This document shows positions 1 to 9,530 of a stretch of 64,000 nucleotides of DNA, in pieces. The notes under the pieces are model-generated. The model worked only from the letters and a program-made list of their open reading frames with translations, did no database searches and was not told where the DNA came from. The first letter of the stretch is position 1. Each line of letters begins with the position of its first letter. The stretch is from assembly GCA_043803405.1 (NCBI GenBank), contig JAZDKB010000015.1, forward strand, positions 64,001 through 128,000, read 5' to 3'. The position numbers were made by a program, and so were the translations under genes. The stretch comes from Spirochaetota bacterium. GTDB lineage: Bacteria > Spirochaetota > UBA4802 > JAFGDQ01.

Positions 1-840
1 CGCTTTACAGACGCTTCAGTTATACCTGATACATACATTACAGCCGCAAAAAGCAACCTCCATATTGCATATCAGCATACTTCACACGGAAGCCAGATAA
101 TTTCCGGCATGGATGCACTGGAAGCTTATGCACCATACAACAACAGATATGAATGGAGCGATAACGGAAGCGAAGGTCTGGATCTTGATTATTATGATCC
201 TATTATGGCAGGATATCACGACCTCAGTACAGAGGATTCCGAAAATGCAAACGGGGATACACCCTGGACAATCGCAACAAGAACATTTCTGGATAATACA
301 AGTAATTATCATATAAATGTTGTAATGTGGTCATGGTGCAGTATTAATGGACATAATATTAGCAGATATATCACAAATATGGAAAAATTAATATCCGAAT
401 ACGGAGTCGGCGGCAGTAATGCCAGGGCAGCGGCTCATCCTGTTGAGTTCGTATTTATGACTGGACATAGCCAAGGCCAGGGCGAGAGCGGTTTCGTAGC
501 ACAGGCTGCCGCAACGATACGCGAACATTGCGTAAACAATAACCGCTGGCTTATAGATTATTATGATATTGAGTGCTATGATCCAACAGGAAATTATTAC
601 GGAGATAAAAACATAACAGATAATCTTGCTTATGTTGCCGGCAACTGGGCTATCGAATATATTAATGCTAACGATGGCAGTATTCTCGATATATTAACAA
701 TGGGAGACGGAGGCAGCTTCAGTGGATGCACGAGTTGCGCTCACTCGGATACTCCCAGGCAGGCAACTCTGAATTGCGTGCTAAAAGGCCAGGCAGCATG
801 GCAGCTCTTTGCACGCATTGCAGGTTGGGAAGGAAACTAA
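1..840 (+). CDS. Uncharacterised protein, possible SGNH-like hydrolase domain (5' end outside window)
   Basis: Frame is open from base 1 (RFTDASVIPDTYITAAKSNLHIAYQHTSHGSQI...), upstream of the ORF-track ATG at 109; motifs HTSHGSQ, VVMWSWC, FVFMTGH, AHS...LNC. Confidence 0.6.
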   Translation, partial: RFTDASVIPDTYITAAKSNLHIAYQHTSHGSQIISGMDALEAYAPYNNRYEWSDNGSEGLDLDYYDPIMAGYHDLSTEDSENANGDTPWTIATRTFLDNTSNYHINVVMWSWCSINGHNISRYITNMEKLISEYGVGGSNARAAAHPVEFVFMTGHSQGQGESGFVAQAAATIREHCVNNNRWLIDYYDIECYDPTGNYYGDKNITDNLAYVAGNWAIEYINANDGSILDILTMGDGGSFSGCTSCAHSDTPRQATLNCVLKGQAAWQLFARIAGWEGN

Positions 841-1090
841 TAACAAAACATAGTATTGTTTTCTGCATCATAATTCCGTCAGTCCGCACATTTTTTATTA
901 GACGTTTCAAGAAGGCTGATAAACAAATATTAATATAAAAACGTCATGTTGTTATATCAGCCTTAATATCTTTAAAACAAATAATAAAAACCTTGACAGT
1001 TAACATATCTCTTATTGTAAAATAACCAGGTTCCACGAATAATATTCGGGAAAGAAAAATTATTTTAAAATTTTTAATAAAGGAGCAAAA

Positions 1091-2143
1091 ATGAAAAAGA
1101 TATTATTAACGCTCATTTTAATATCGGCTTTTTCATTAACAGGAACATTAGCAATGGATAAACCAGGGATGTATATGGAATTTAAAACGAATACAGGAGA
1201 TTTCCTGTGCGAGTTGTATTATAAGGAAGTGCCTTTAATGGTTTCCAATATTGTCGGATTAACTGAAGGTACCAGGGAATTTACCGATCCTGCTTCGGGG
1301 AAACCTGCAAAACGCCCTTTCTATAACGGACTTATTTTCCACAGGGTTATTGACGGTTTTATGATACAGGGCGGAGATCCGATGGGAAACGGAAGAGGAG
1401 GCCCGGGTTACAAACTTATAGATCAGATAAGCAGGAATCTTAAACATAACAGCGAAGGCATGCTTTCAATGGCCAATGCCGGGCCGGATACAAACGGCAG
1501 CCAGTTCTTTATTACGCTTGCCCCGACACCGCATCTTGACGGGAAACATGCAATAATTGGAAAAGTAGTAGAAGGCATGGATATCGTTAAAAAAATCGGT
1601 AAAGTAAAGAAAGATCGATCCGACAAACCTTCGGAAGATGTCATTATGAAAGAAGTAAAAATTGTCAGGATAGGCGAAGAAGCTAAAGCATTCGATGCTG
1701 AGAAAGAATTTGCAAAAAAAAATAACATTGAAAAAAACCGGCAGGGAGACAAACAAAAAGAGGCAGAAATATTTTTAAAAAAACTGGGTGTCGATACAGC
1801 TAAAATACAAACGACCAAAAGCGGACTGCAATACTATGTAAGCAAACCCGGAAGCGGAGAGAAACCTGCTAAAGGTAAAACCATTATTGCCCACTATGCC
1901 GGTTACCTGACAAATGGACAAAAGTTCGACAGTTCATACGATCGGAAACAGCCATTCTCAACTGCTATAGGCGTAGGCAGAGTAATACCCGGCTGGGATG
2001 AAGCATTTTTAGCCATGGGAAAAGGCGAAAAGAGAGTATTGATAATACCTTATCAACTGGCTTATGGCGAGCAGGGTTATCCCGGTGTTATTCCTCCGAA
2101 GGCAACCTTGATTTTTGACGTAGAATTACTGGATATAAAATAA
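1091..2143 (+). CDS. Dual-family peptidyl-prolyl isomerase (N-terminal cyclophilin + C-terminal FKBP) with signal peptide
   Basis: Cyclophilin motifs FHRVIDGFMIQGGDP and SMANAGPDTNGSQFFIT; FKBP motifs FDSSYDR, VIPGWDE, AYGEQG, TLIFDVELL; AGGAG RBS. Confidence 0.93.
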   Translation: MKKILLTLILISAFSLTGTLAMDKPGMYMEFKTNTGDFLCELYYKEVPLMVSNIVGLTEGTREFTDPASGKPAKRPFYNGLIFHRVIDGFMIQGGDPMGNGRGGPGYKLIDQISRNLKHNSEGMLSMANAGPDTNGSQFFITLAPTPHLDGKHAIIGKVVEGMDIVKKIGKVKKDRSDKPSEDVIMKEVKIVRIGEEAKAFDAEKEFAKKNNIEKNRQGDKQKEAEIFLKKLGVDTAKIQTTKSGLQYYVSKPGSGEKPAKGKTIIAHYAGYLTNGQKFDSSYDRKQPFSTAIGVGRVIPGWDEAFLAMGKGEKRVLIIPYQLAYGEQGYPGVIPPKATLIFDVELLDIK

Positions 2144-2532
2144 TTGTATTGAAGGATCATACTCTTCATTCTTATTCGATGCAGTATTACGCCTCGAAAT
2201 AAAAACTGAAAAGCATGATCCTTTGTATATACAGAAAAAATTAAGATACCGCAATATTCCTCGAATTAACAATTCAGGATATTTATTTCTTACAATAAAT
2301 ATCTACCCTCAATTATATAGATGTTATATATTATTCTTTTGACTTATTGAGAATCCGGATGTAAAATAATAAAATTGATTTTACAGGAAAAGTAATTATA
2401 TTATTATTTTCTTTCTGAAATGTTTTCATCCGGCGAAATCGGGCTGTGGTTCATAGCTGCCGCTTTCGTTAAAGCAAATATTTATAATCCGCCACGTTTT
2501 AACGGCAACCAATTCGGTTAAAAAAGCAAACT

Positions 2533-3804
2533 ATGAAAATAAAAATCTCATTTAATCCATATTTACGCAGCATTGCAATAGCCGGTATTGTATTATTTCT
2601 GTTGCAAGTCGCGGGTCTATTCTTAAGCTGTTATGTTTATCTTCAAAATTTATCATTAAAAATAATAATTATTTATTTTATTGCTGCGTTTGGCATAATC
2701 GCGTCGTTTGTTGTTATATATTTATTGATATTGCCCCCAAGGCTAAAACGACTCATTTCAGCTTTAAATAATATAGCTGAAAAAATTTACGACCGGAATT
2801 ACGACGGCAATACATTAAAAAAAATCGCTTTTGAAGATTTGCTAAAGGAAAGCGAATCTGTAATTACAAATTACCGTAATTCAATTGAGGCTACCGAAAC
2901 CCAGATAACAAGGCTGGTCGATGCTATTGAGAAAAACTCGGATGTATTGAAATTCTTATCACAGAAGGCGGAAGAAAATTTTAAATCTACAGAGACTGAT
3001 CTTAAGACTGTGGAAAATATTTCATCAATGACTGCTGAGATTGTCGAAGGCGCCGAAGAACAGCATGTGAGCCTGGGGCTTCTTGTTGCAAGAATGATTG
3101 ATTTTACCAGGATAATAGAAACTATAGCTGTCGAATTAACAAACCAGCTTAATGTTATCGATTCCATATCCGACAGTTTCGCGGCCGGCAATCAATATTT
3201 ACGTAAGATGCAGCAGAGCATGGAAGAAATCAGCGCCAGTTCAGCGAAAATGGCCGAGTCTCTCAAACTCATCACAAAAATATCCGGCCAGATTAATTTG
3301 CTGTCTTTGAACGCTGCCATAGAATCCGCGCGTGCTGGAGAACACGGGCACGGCTTTGCTGTAGTGTCCGATGAAATATCCAAACTGGCTGAAATGACTT
3401 CCTCAGGCATAAAGGAAATAGACGCGCTCATAAGCAGGAACGAAAAAGAAATTAAAAACGGCATATTAAACGCAGGCAAGACCTTTGAAACGATAACCGA
3501 TGTTCTTCGCGGAGTATCTTCGGTAAAAGAAATGATGCATTCCGCTAATGAAAAAATGACATTCCAGATCCATAATAATTATATAGTAGATGAAGAGTCG
3601 GAAAAAGTTAAAAGCGGCACAAGCGCGATTAAAAACGCCATAGAAAAACAGAAATTCGCCATCGACGGACTAGTTGTATCAATCGGAGAAATACGCGAAA
3701 TGTCTCAGTACTTTTCATATCTTACATCCAAGATTGTAAGCAATGTTGCCGAGATTTCAGATGGAATAAAAAAAATTGATTATTCGGTTAAGTTAAAAAA
3801 ATAG
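2533..3804 (+). CDS. Methyl-accepting chemotaxis protein
   Basis: Two N-terminal hydrophobic segments; signalling hairpin QINLLSLNAAIESARAGEHGHGFAVVSDEISKLA. Confidence 0.9.
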   Translation: MKIKISFNPYLRSIAIAGIVLFLLQVAGLFLSCYVYLQNLSLKIIIIYFIAAFGIIASFVVIYLLILPPRLKRLISALNNIAEKIYDRNYDGNTLKKIAFEDLLKESESVITNYRNSIEATETQITRLVDAIEKNSDVLKFLSQKAEENFKSTETDLKTVENISSMTAEIVEGAEEQHVSLGLLVARMIDFTRIIETIAVELTNQLNVIDSISDSFAAGNQYLRKMQQSMEEISASSAKMAESLKLITKISGQINLLSLNAAIESARAGEHGHGFAVVSDEISKLAEMTSSGIKEIDALISRNEKEIKNGILNAGKTFETITDVLRGVSSVKEMMHSANEKMTFQIHNNYIVDEESEKVKSGTSAIKNAIEKQKFAIDGLVVSIGEIREMSQYFSYLTSKIVSNVAEISDGIKKIDYSVKLKK

Positions 3805-3875
3805 AACTCATCTCAAAAATTTTGTTATGTATTTCAATTTATCAAATATAAAACTTAATATTGAGATCTCTTGTA
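3802..3875. mobile_element. Small MITE-like / IS-end remnant (imperfect terminal inverted repeats flanked by TA)
   Basis: TA-GAACTCATCTCAAAA ... TATTGAGATCTCTTG-TA; the right arm matches 50938-50985 in reverse orientation. Confidence 0.4.
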
Positions 3876-3903
3876 ATATTTTTATCCGGTAATTCCGAAT
3901 TAA

Positions 3904-4119
3904 TCAACTGACTTTATTTATTCTTTTCTGCACCTTCTTCCATGATTCCGTAATTAAAAACGACTCGTCCATGTAATCAATCATTTTTATAAATCTTGCG
4001 ATTGGAACGGAAAACGTAAGCATATCCGCTGGAATATAAGGCCTTGCAGAAGGATCGAACATACCGATAACAGCTCTTTGCCGTTCCTTATCTTTTTCGA
4101 GATAAGGATAATATATAAT
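3904..4119 (-). pseudogene. 3' remnant of a DUF169-family gene
   Basis: Hand translation IIYYPYLEKDKERQRAVIGMFDPSARPYIPADMLTFSVPIARFIKMIDYMDESFLITESWKKVQKRINKVS* resembles DUF169 C-termini; in-frame TGA immediately upstream and no N-terminal part. Confidence 0.65.
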
Positions 4120-4266
4120 TCATCCCAATTTATAAATCCAGCTTACGATACACTTAAAGAATATTGATATTATCAGCCTGATAAAAATATATTGACAAAA
4201 CATACTGCCGGATGTGTTTATAAATTCTTAAAATTATTATATTTAAAATTCTTTTTACGAGGCACA

Positions 4267-7029
4267 ATGGACTATTCAAAGACAATAAATCTGCCAGCTA
4301 CCGATTTCCCCATGAAAGCGAATTTGTCGCAAAGGGAACCGGATATGCTTAAAAAATGGAACGAACAGGATATATATGATGAAATTCAAAAAAGCAGGCA
4401 AGGCAGCGAAATATTTATTCTTCACGACGGGCCTCCTTACGCGAACGGCAACATTCATGTAGGCACTGCCTTAAACAAGATTCTGAAAGATATTATCGTT
4501 AAACATAAAACCATGTCCGGCTTCAAAAGCCTGTACGTGCCCGGATGGGACTGCCATGGATTGCCGATAGAACTTCATGTTCTTAAAGAATTAAAGGAAA
4601 GCAAAGATAATCTCGATGTTGTGAGCATAAGAAAAAAATGCAGGAAATACGCGGAAAAATGGGTCAAGATACAAATGGCCGATTTCAAAAGGCTCGGTGT
4701 TTTCGGCGATTTTAAAAATCCATACCTTACAATGTCGGCTCAGTACGAAGCAAAAATAGTCGAGATTTTCGGCGAAATATTCAGGAACGGATATATATAC
4801 AGAAGCAAAAAACCGATCTACTGGTGCCCGACCTGCGAGACTGCCCTTGCTGAAGCGGAAGTTGAATACGCAGATCATACTTCGCCTTCTGTTTATGTAA
4901 AATTCAAAGTAGATCCAAAAACAGTAAACATCGACGGAGTCGACAAAGATAAACTCTATGTCGTCATCTGGACGACTACGCCGTGGACTTTGCCTGCCAA
5001 CCTTGCATTGTCATTTCACCCGGACTTTCCTTACTCGGCATATAAATTCGGCAATGAATATTACATAGTCGCGGACGGTCTTGTTGACGCGATGTGCGGC
5101 ATAGCAGGAATACAGAAAAGCGGGAAAACGCCTGTCACCATTGATCAGCTTAAAAAAATGAAAGTGTATCATCCGTTTATTGACCGTGAATCAAAGGTTA
5201 TTTTTGGAACGCATGTAACCCTGGAACAGGGAACCGGAATTGTACATACAGCTCCCGGACATGGACATGAAGATTATATAATAGGACTCGAATACGGACT
5301 TGATACATATTCTCCTGTTGATTATCAGGGAAAATTTACGGATGAATATCCGGAGATGAAAGGGATAAATGTTTTCGATGCTAATCCGAAAGTAGTTGAA
5401 TTATTAAAACAAAAAAATGTTTTAATATATACGCATGATATCAACCACTCTTATCCCCACTGCTGGAGATGCAAAAAACCGCTCATATTCAGGGCTACGG
5501 AACAATGGTTTTTAAAGATCGATCATAATGACATGAGGAAGAAAGCGCTTAAAGCAGTCGATAATACAAAATGGATCCCTAACTGGGGAGAAACTCGTTT
5601 CAGGAGCATGGTTGAAGGTAGACCGGACTGGTGCCTGTCGCGCCAGAGGTCATGGGGAGTGCCAATTCCTTCATTCAGATGCAAAAAGTGCGGGAAGAAT
5701 TTAATGAGCGCTGAATCAATTCAGCATTTCGGTAAACTGGCGCTTACAAAAAGCATTGATGCATGGTACACCGACGACATCCGGGAACTGATCCCGGCCG
5801 GGACAAAATGTTCGTGCGGTTGTACGGATTTCGAAAAGGAATTCGATATTCTGGATGTGTGGTTCGATTCCGGGGTATCGCACTTCGCAGTGCTGGACGT
5901 GCGTGCTGAGCACAGGTGGCCTGCCGATATTTACCTGGAGGGAAGCGACCAGCACAGGGGATGGTTCCAGTCTTCGCTATGGCCTGCGCTCGCGCTGCGC
6001 GGACGTGCGCCGTTTAATACTGTCATTACGCACGGGTTCGTTCTGGACGAAAAGGGCGCTGCAATGAGCAAATCCATGGGCAACGTAATACCGCCTATAG
6101 ATCTTATAAATAAATTCGGCGCAGACATTCTGCGGCTGTGGGTATCAAGCGAAGATTACAGGAACGACGTTAAAATCGGCACAGACCTGATGACTCAGGT
6201 CGCTGACTCGTACAGAAAAATCCGCAATACGTTTAAATTCATAATAGGCAATCTTTCGGACTTCAGTCCAAAGGATGCCCTGAAATATGATGATCTGAAC
6301 GACATCGACAAATGGATACTGAATAAATTATATCATTTATCAGCTCAAATAACTAAAGCATATGAAAATTACGAATTTCATCTAGTATATAGAAGGATTC
6401 TTAACTTTTGCGCCGTGGAATTATCTTCAATATATTTTGACGTTTCCAAGGACATTCTTTACATAGAAGAAAAAAATGCCAAAAAAAGACGTTCTGTTCA
6501 AACTGCTCTAAAAGAATTATATGAAACAATACTCAGGCTTTCTGCGCCAATTCTTTCCTTCACATCTGAAGAGATATGGAAGTTCGGAGGAAATACCGGT
6601 TCAATACATACGCAGAAATACAACAAACTGAATGATGCATATAATAATCCGGATATCGAAAATAAAATGGAAGCCATTGTGAATATTAAAAAAGATGCGC
6701 TTAAAGCGCTCGAATTAAAAAGAGCGGAAAAAGCAATCAGGTCTTCGCTGGAAGCGGATTTAAAGATATTTCCCAAGGATGAAAATGTTAAAAAGTGGCT
6801 GAAAGATATGGGCAGCGATCTAAACATTTTTTTCCAGGCAGCAAAAGTGGAAATACTGGATGAAAAAAAAGCCGGGCTTGCTGAATATGAAAAATCATTT
6901 ATTATGGCTGAAAAAACAGGCGGTGCAAAATGCATGCGCTGCTGGAACTTTACGGACAATATCGGCAGCGATGCTGCGCATCCGGAGCTTTGCCCAAGAT
7001 GCACTAAAATTGTGAAGAATATTGCATAA
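4267..7029 (+). CDS. ileS: Isoleucine--tRNA ligase (type 1)
   Basis: HDGPPYANGNIHVGT, GWDCHGLP, DWCLSRQR, LEGSDQHRGWF, AMSKS, C-terminal CxxC...CxxC zinc finger; ATG 4267 follows GAGG. Confidence 0.97.
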   Translation: MDYSKTINLPATDFPMKANLSQREPDMLKKWNEQDIYDEIQKSRQGSEIFILHDGPPYANGNIHVGTALNKILKDIIVKHKTMSGFKSLYVPGWDCHGLPIELHVLKELKESKDNLDVVSIRKKCRKYAEKWVKIQMADFKRLGVFGDFKNPYLTMSAQYEAKIVEIFGEIFRNGYIYRSKKPIYWCPTCETALAEAEVEYADHTSPSVYVKFKVDPKTVNIDGVDKDKLYVVIWTTTPWTLPANLALSFHPDFPYSAYKFGNEYYIVADGLVDAMCGIAGIQKSGKTPVTIDQLKKMKVYHPFIDRESKVIFGTHVTLEQGTGIVHTAPGHGHEDYIIGLEYGLDTYSPVDYQGKFTDEYPEMKGINVFDANPKVVELLKQKNVLIYTHDINHSYPHCWRCKKPLIFRATEQWFLKIDHNDMRKKALKAVDNTKWIPNWGETRFRSMVEGRPDWCLSRQRSWGVPIPSFRCKKCGKNLMSAESIQHFGKLALTKSIDAWYTDDIRELIPAGTKCSCGCTDFEKEFDILDVWFDSGVSHFAVLDVRAEHRWPADIYLEGSDQHRGWFQSSLWPALALRGRAPFNTVITHGFVLDEKGAAMSKSMGNVIPPIDLINKFGADILRLWVSSEDYRNDVKIGTDLMTQVADSYRKIRNTFKFIIGNLSDFSPKDALKYDDLNDIDKWILNKLYHLSAQITKAYENYEFHLVYRRILNFCAVELSSIYFDVSKDILYIEEKNAKKRRSVQTALKELYETILRLSAPILSFTSEEIWKFGGNTGSIHTQKYNKLNDAYNNPDIENKMEAIVNIKKDALKALELKRAEKAIRSSLEADLKIFPKDENVKKWLKDMGSDLNIFFQAAKVEILDEKKAGLAEYEKSFIMAEKTGGAKCMRCWNFTDNIGSDAAHPELCPRCTKIVKNIA

Positions 7030-7090
7030 TATTTTTGAATACACCCGTTAAAGATTGCAGGAAAACAATTATTTTTAATTTCGAGGATAA

Positions 7091-7591
7091 ATGAAAAAAT
7101 ATATTTATACGGCATTGATATTTATGGTTTCTCTCTTTCTGGATATAATTACAAAATATCTTGTACTAATCAATATTTCAGAACATGAAAGAATTAATAT
7201 TGCGGGCAGCTTTATCCAGTTAACTCTTGTTTACAACAGGGGCGGACTTTTCGGTATCCTTCAGGGGTATCAGAATCTATTTTTAATAATTTCTATAATT
7301 GTATTAATATTTATAATTATATTTTTTATCTACGAAAAAAATAAGAACATGATTTTCTGTACTTCAATGGCTCTGATTACTTCCGGTGCAGTCGGCAACA
7401 TACTGGACAGGGTTACGGGCAGGAAAGGAGTCGTGGATTTTATTTACATTGGAAGCGACAATGTGTTCCGCTGGTGGGCTTTTAATGTTGCAGACGCGGT
7501 TATAGTTGTCGGGGCATTCCTGCTTTTTATCATGTTTATAGAGCAGGAGAAAAAAAGAAAAGCAGCGGAAAAAACCGGAGAGAAAGAGTAA
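7091..7591 (+). CDS. lspA: Lipoprotein signal peptidase II
   Basis: NRGGLFG, GAVGNILDR, GVVDFI, FNVADA; usual ileS-lspA linkage. Confidence 0.95.
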   Translation: MKKYIYTALIFMVSLFLDIITKYLVLINISEHERINIAGSFIQLTLVYNRGGLFGILQGYQNLFLIISIIVLIFIIIFFIYEKNKNMIFCTSMALITSGAVGNILDRVTGRKGVVDFIYIGSDNVFRWWAFNVADAVIVVGAFLLFIMFIEQEKKRKAAEKTGEKE

Positions 7592-7651
7592 AAATATATA
7601 GAAATACTCTGTGTGTCAGCATAGAATTCGCTTTTTTTATAATATAAAAAT

Positions 7652-7739
7652 GGGGCAGACACATGGGTCTGCCCCTACGGACGTTCAAATGCAAATACGC
7701 AGGCAGAATAATGTAGAGGCGACCCCATGTGTTCGCCCT
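7652..7739. repeat. Pair of GTAG-family REP-like palindromes in opposite orientation
   Basis: 7652-7678 (minus strand) GTAGGGGCAGACCCATGTGTCTGCCCC; 7713-7739 (plus strand) GTAGAGGCGACCCCATGTGTTCGCCCT. Confidence 0.75.
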
Positions 7740-7857
7740 GATAACAAAACAGTTCGCCACGCTCATTGCTACAAAATATCGTATCTATCCTCTAAGAACC
7801 TTAAAAGATGCTCTAAAACAGAGCATCAATATTAAAAACACATATTCAGTAAATAAA

Positions 7858-8235
7858 TTAGATATCAACGATCTTTATACTGCCTTCAGCTATCTTCTTA
7901 TTATCCTGTCCGGTTACTTCGAGCGTAAATTCGCCTTCATCATAAAAATATAAATTAGCTCTTACTCTTGTTTCTTCAGGTTTTACATCTATAGTTAATG
8001 ATTCGAATTTTTCGGACTTATATTTGGTTTTTTTAAATATATTAATAATTAATTTCCCGACATTAAATGATGACTCGGCGCTGATAAGCGCGGTCAGCTC
8101 CCCAGTGGAAAACTGTTCGCCGCAACTTACTCCTTTGCCTTCTGTTGAAACGCCTTCGCAGAATTCTATTGTTTTCCTTGCTTTGCATCCGAAAAATAAT
8201 ATAAATATTATAAATAATAAAATTACTTTTCTCAT
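7858..8235 (-). CDS. Hypothetical lipoprotein
   Basis: MRK + hydrophobic stretch + LFFGC lipobox; start abuts the kdsD stop. Confidence 0.7.
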   Translation of the reverse strand: MRKVILLFIIFILFFGCKARKTIEFCEGVSTEGKGVSCGEQFSTGELTALISAESSFNVGKLIINIFKKTKYKSEKFESLTIDVKPEETRVRANLYFYDEGEFTLEVTGQDNKKIAEGSIKIVDI

Positions 8236-9225
8236 CTATTTACGTCTCCCGTAATTGTGTTTTACTATATCGTGGATATGAATAACGCCGGCGATTTTCT
8301 TGTCCCTGCCGAGTACCGGAAGCAGGGTGATCCTGTTTTCTTCCATTATCATAAGCGCTTCCCTCGCAAGAGAGTCTTCAAATATCCATTTAGGTTCCGC
8401 CTTTGCAAAATCGTCGGATTTTTTTTGCAGAAAAGATTCATCTTCTTCGACCAGGCGCTTAATATCGCCGTCCGTAATAATACCCCTTAAATGCCCTTTA
8501 CTGCCCTCCATCAGAACTGCGCCGAAATTAGTGCTTACCAATATCTTTATAACCTCGCGCATCGGTGTATGCCTTTGCACTATTGGCAGATTTGTTTTAA
8601 CCATAAGATCGGATACGCAAAGCAGTGTCTGTCCCAGCCTGCCCTGCGGATGAAACAAATAAAAGTCCTCTTCTTTAACATTCTTTGCTTTCATTAAAGC
8701 AGCCGCGATTGCGTCGCCGAGAGCCAGTACGGTAGTAGTACTTGCCATGGGCGCCAGGTTTAGCGGGCACCCTTCCCTCTCTATTTTATAAGTAAGAAGT
8801 ACATCCGCTTCCTTCGCGAGATCCGAGCCGGGATTGGACGTAATCGCGATTATACGCGTTTTCATAAGCTTTAAATGCGGGATCAGCTCCGCGATCTCCC
8901 TTGTTTCTCCGGAATGCGATACTGCAATCACAATGTCATTGCGTGTAATAAGCCCAAGATCGCCGTGCATAGCATCGGACGGATGCATAAACACGGCCTG
9001 GGTGCGTGTCGATGTGAGCGTAGCCGCGATCTTTTTACAGATAATGCCGGATTTGCCCATACCGGTAACAATGACCCGGCCTTTGCATTTCAATATGGCA
9101 TCCACAGCCAAAGAAAAATTTTCATTAAGCGAGCGCGACAGATCCTTTAGCGAATCGATTTCAATACCAAGAACCTGCCTTGCTGTATCAAGATAATCTG
9201 TTTTTTTAGACTTTAGTAATCTCAT
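8236..9225 (-). CDS. kdsD: KpsF/GutQ family arabinose-5-phosphate isomerase (SIS + CBS domains)
   Basis: TGMGKSG, HGDLG, SHSGET, CPLNLAPMASTT, HPQGRLG; C-terminal CBS pair. Confidence 0.9.
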   Translation of the reverse strand: MRLLKSKKTDYLDTARQVLGIEIDSLKDLSRSLNENFSLAVDAILKCKGRVIVTGMGKSGIICKKIAATLTSTRTQAVFMHPSDAMHGDLGLITRNDIVIAVSHSGETREIAELIPHLKLMKTRIIAITSNPGSDLAKEADVLLTYKIEREGCPLNLAPMASTTTVLALGDAIAAALMKAKNVKEEDFYLFHPQGRLGQTLLCVSDLMVKTNLPIVQRHTPMREVIKILVSTNFGAVLMEGSKGHLRGIITDGDIKRLVEEDESFLQKKSDDFAKAEPKWIFEDSLAREALMIMEENRITLLPVLGRDKKIAGVIHIHDIVKHNYGRRK

Positions 9226-9530
9226 AACAATGAACCCTGTAATTCCTCGTTATCATCTATCTCGCCGGTATCTTCTTTTATTTTAAGTTTTTTCTTTCTT
9301 ACTTTTTTAGCACCTTTACTATCTTCCGTTTTCTGCAATATCTCTATTTTTCTCTCAGCTTCTTCCAGTTTTTCCCTGCATATCTTTTTTAAAACAACGC
9401 CTCTTTCAAAACGCTCAATAGAACCATCAAGATCAAGTGTCCCTTCCTCCAGCTTCCGTGCAATGTCTTCGAGCTCTTTCAGCGCTTCTTCAAAGGTAAG
9501 CTTATCGGGTGACTTCTCTTTTTTTTCCAA
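9222..9530 (-). CDS. xseB: Exodeoxyribonuclease VII small subunit
   Basis: FEEALKELEDIARKLEEGTLDLDGSIERFERG; overlaps xseA. Confidence 0.92.
   Translation of the reverse strand: MEKKEKSPDKLTFEEALKELEDIARKLEEGTLDLDGSIERFERGVVLKKICREKLEEAERKIEILQKTEDSKGAKKVRKKKLKIKEDTGEIDDNEELQGSLL

Noticed and set aside
871..883. 13-bp match TAATTCCGTCAGT shared with about 17125-17137
   Set aside because: Too short, and the similarity does not extend; could be chance in AT-rich DNA
2420..2525. Riboswitch (e.g. c-di-GMP) in the GC-richer leader of the MCP gene
   Set aside because: I could not match a known aptamer consensus by eye; an Rfam scan is needed
7611..7953. Short ORFs 7611..7835, 7536..7766 and 7729..7953
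   Set aside because: They run through the REP doublet and an intergenic hairpin, lack a clear RBS and resemble no family
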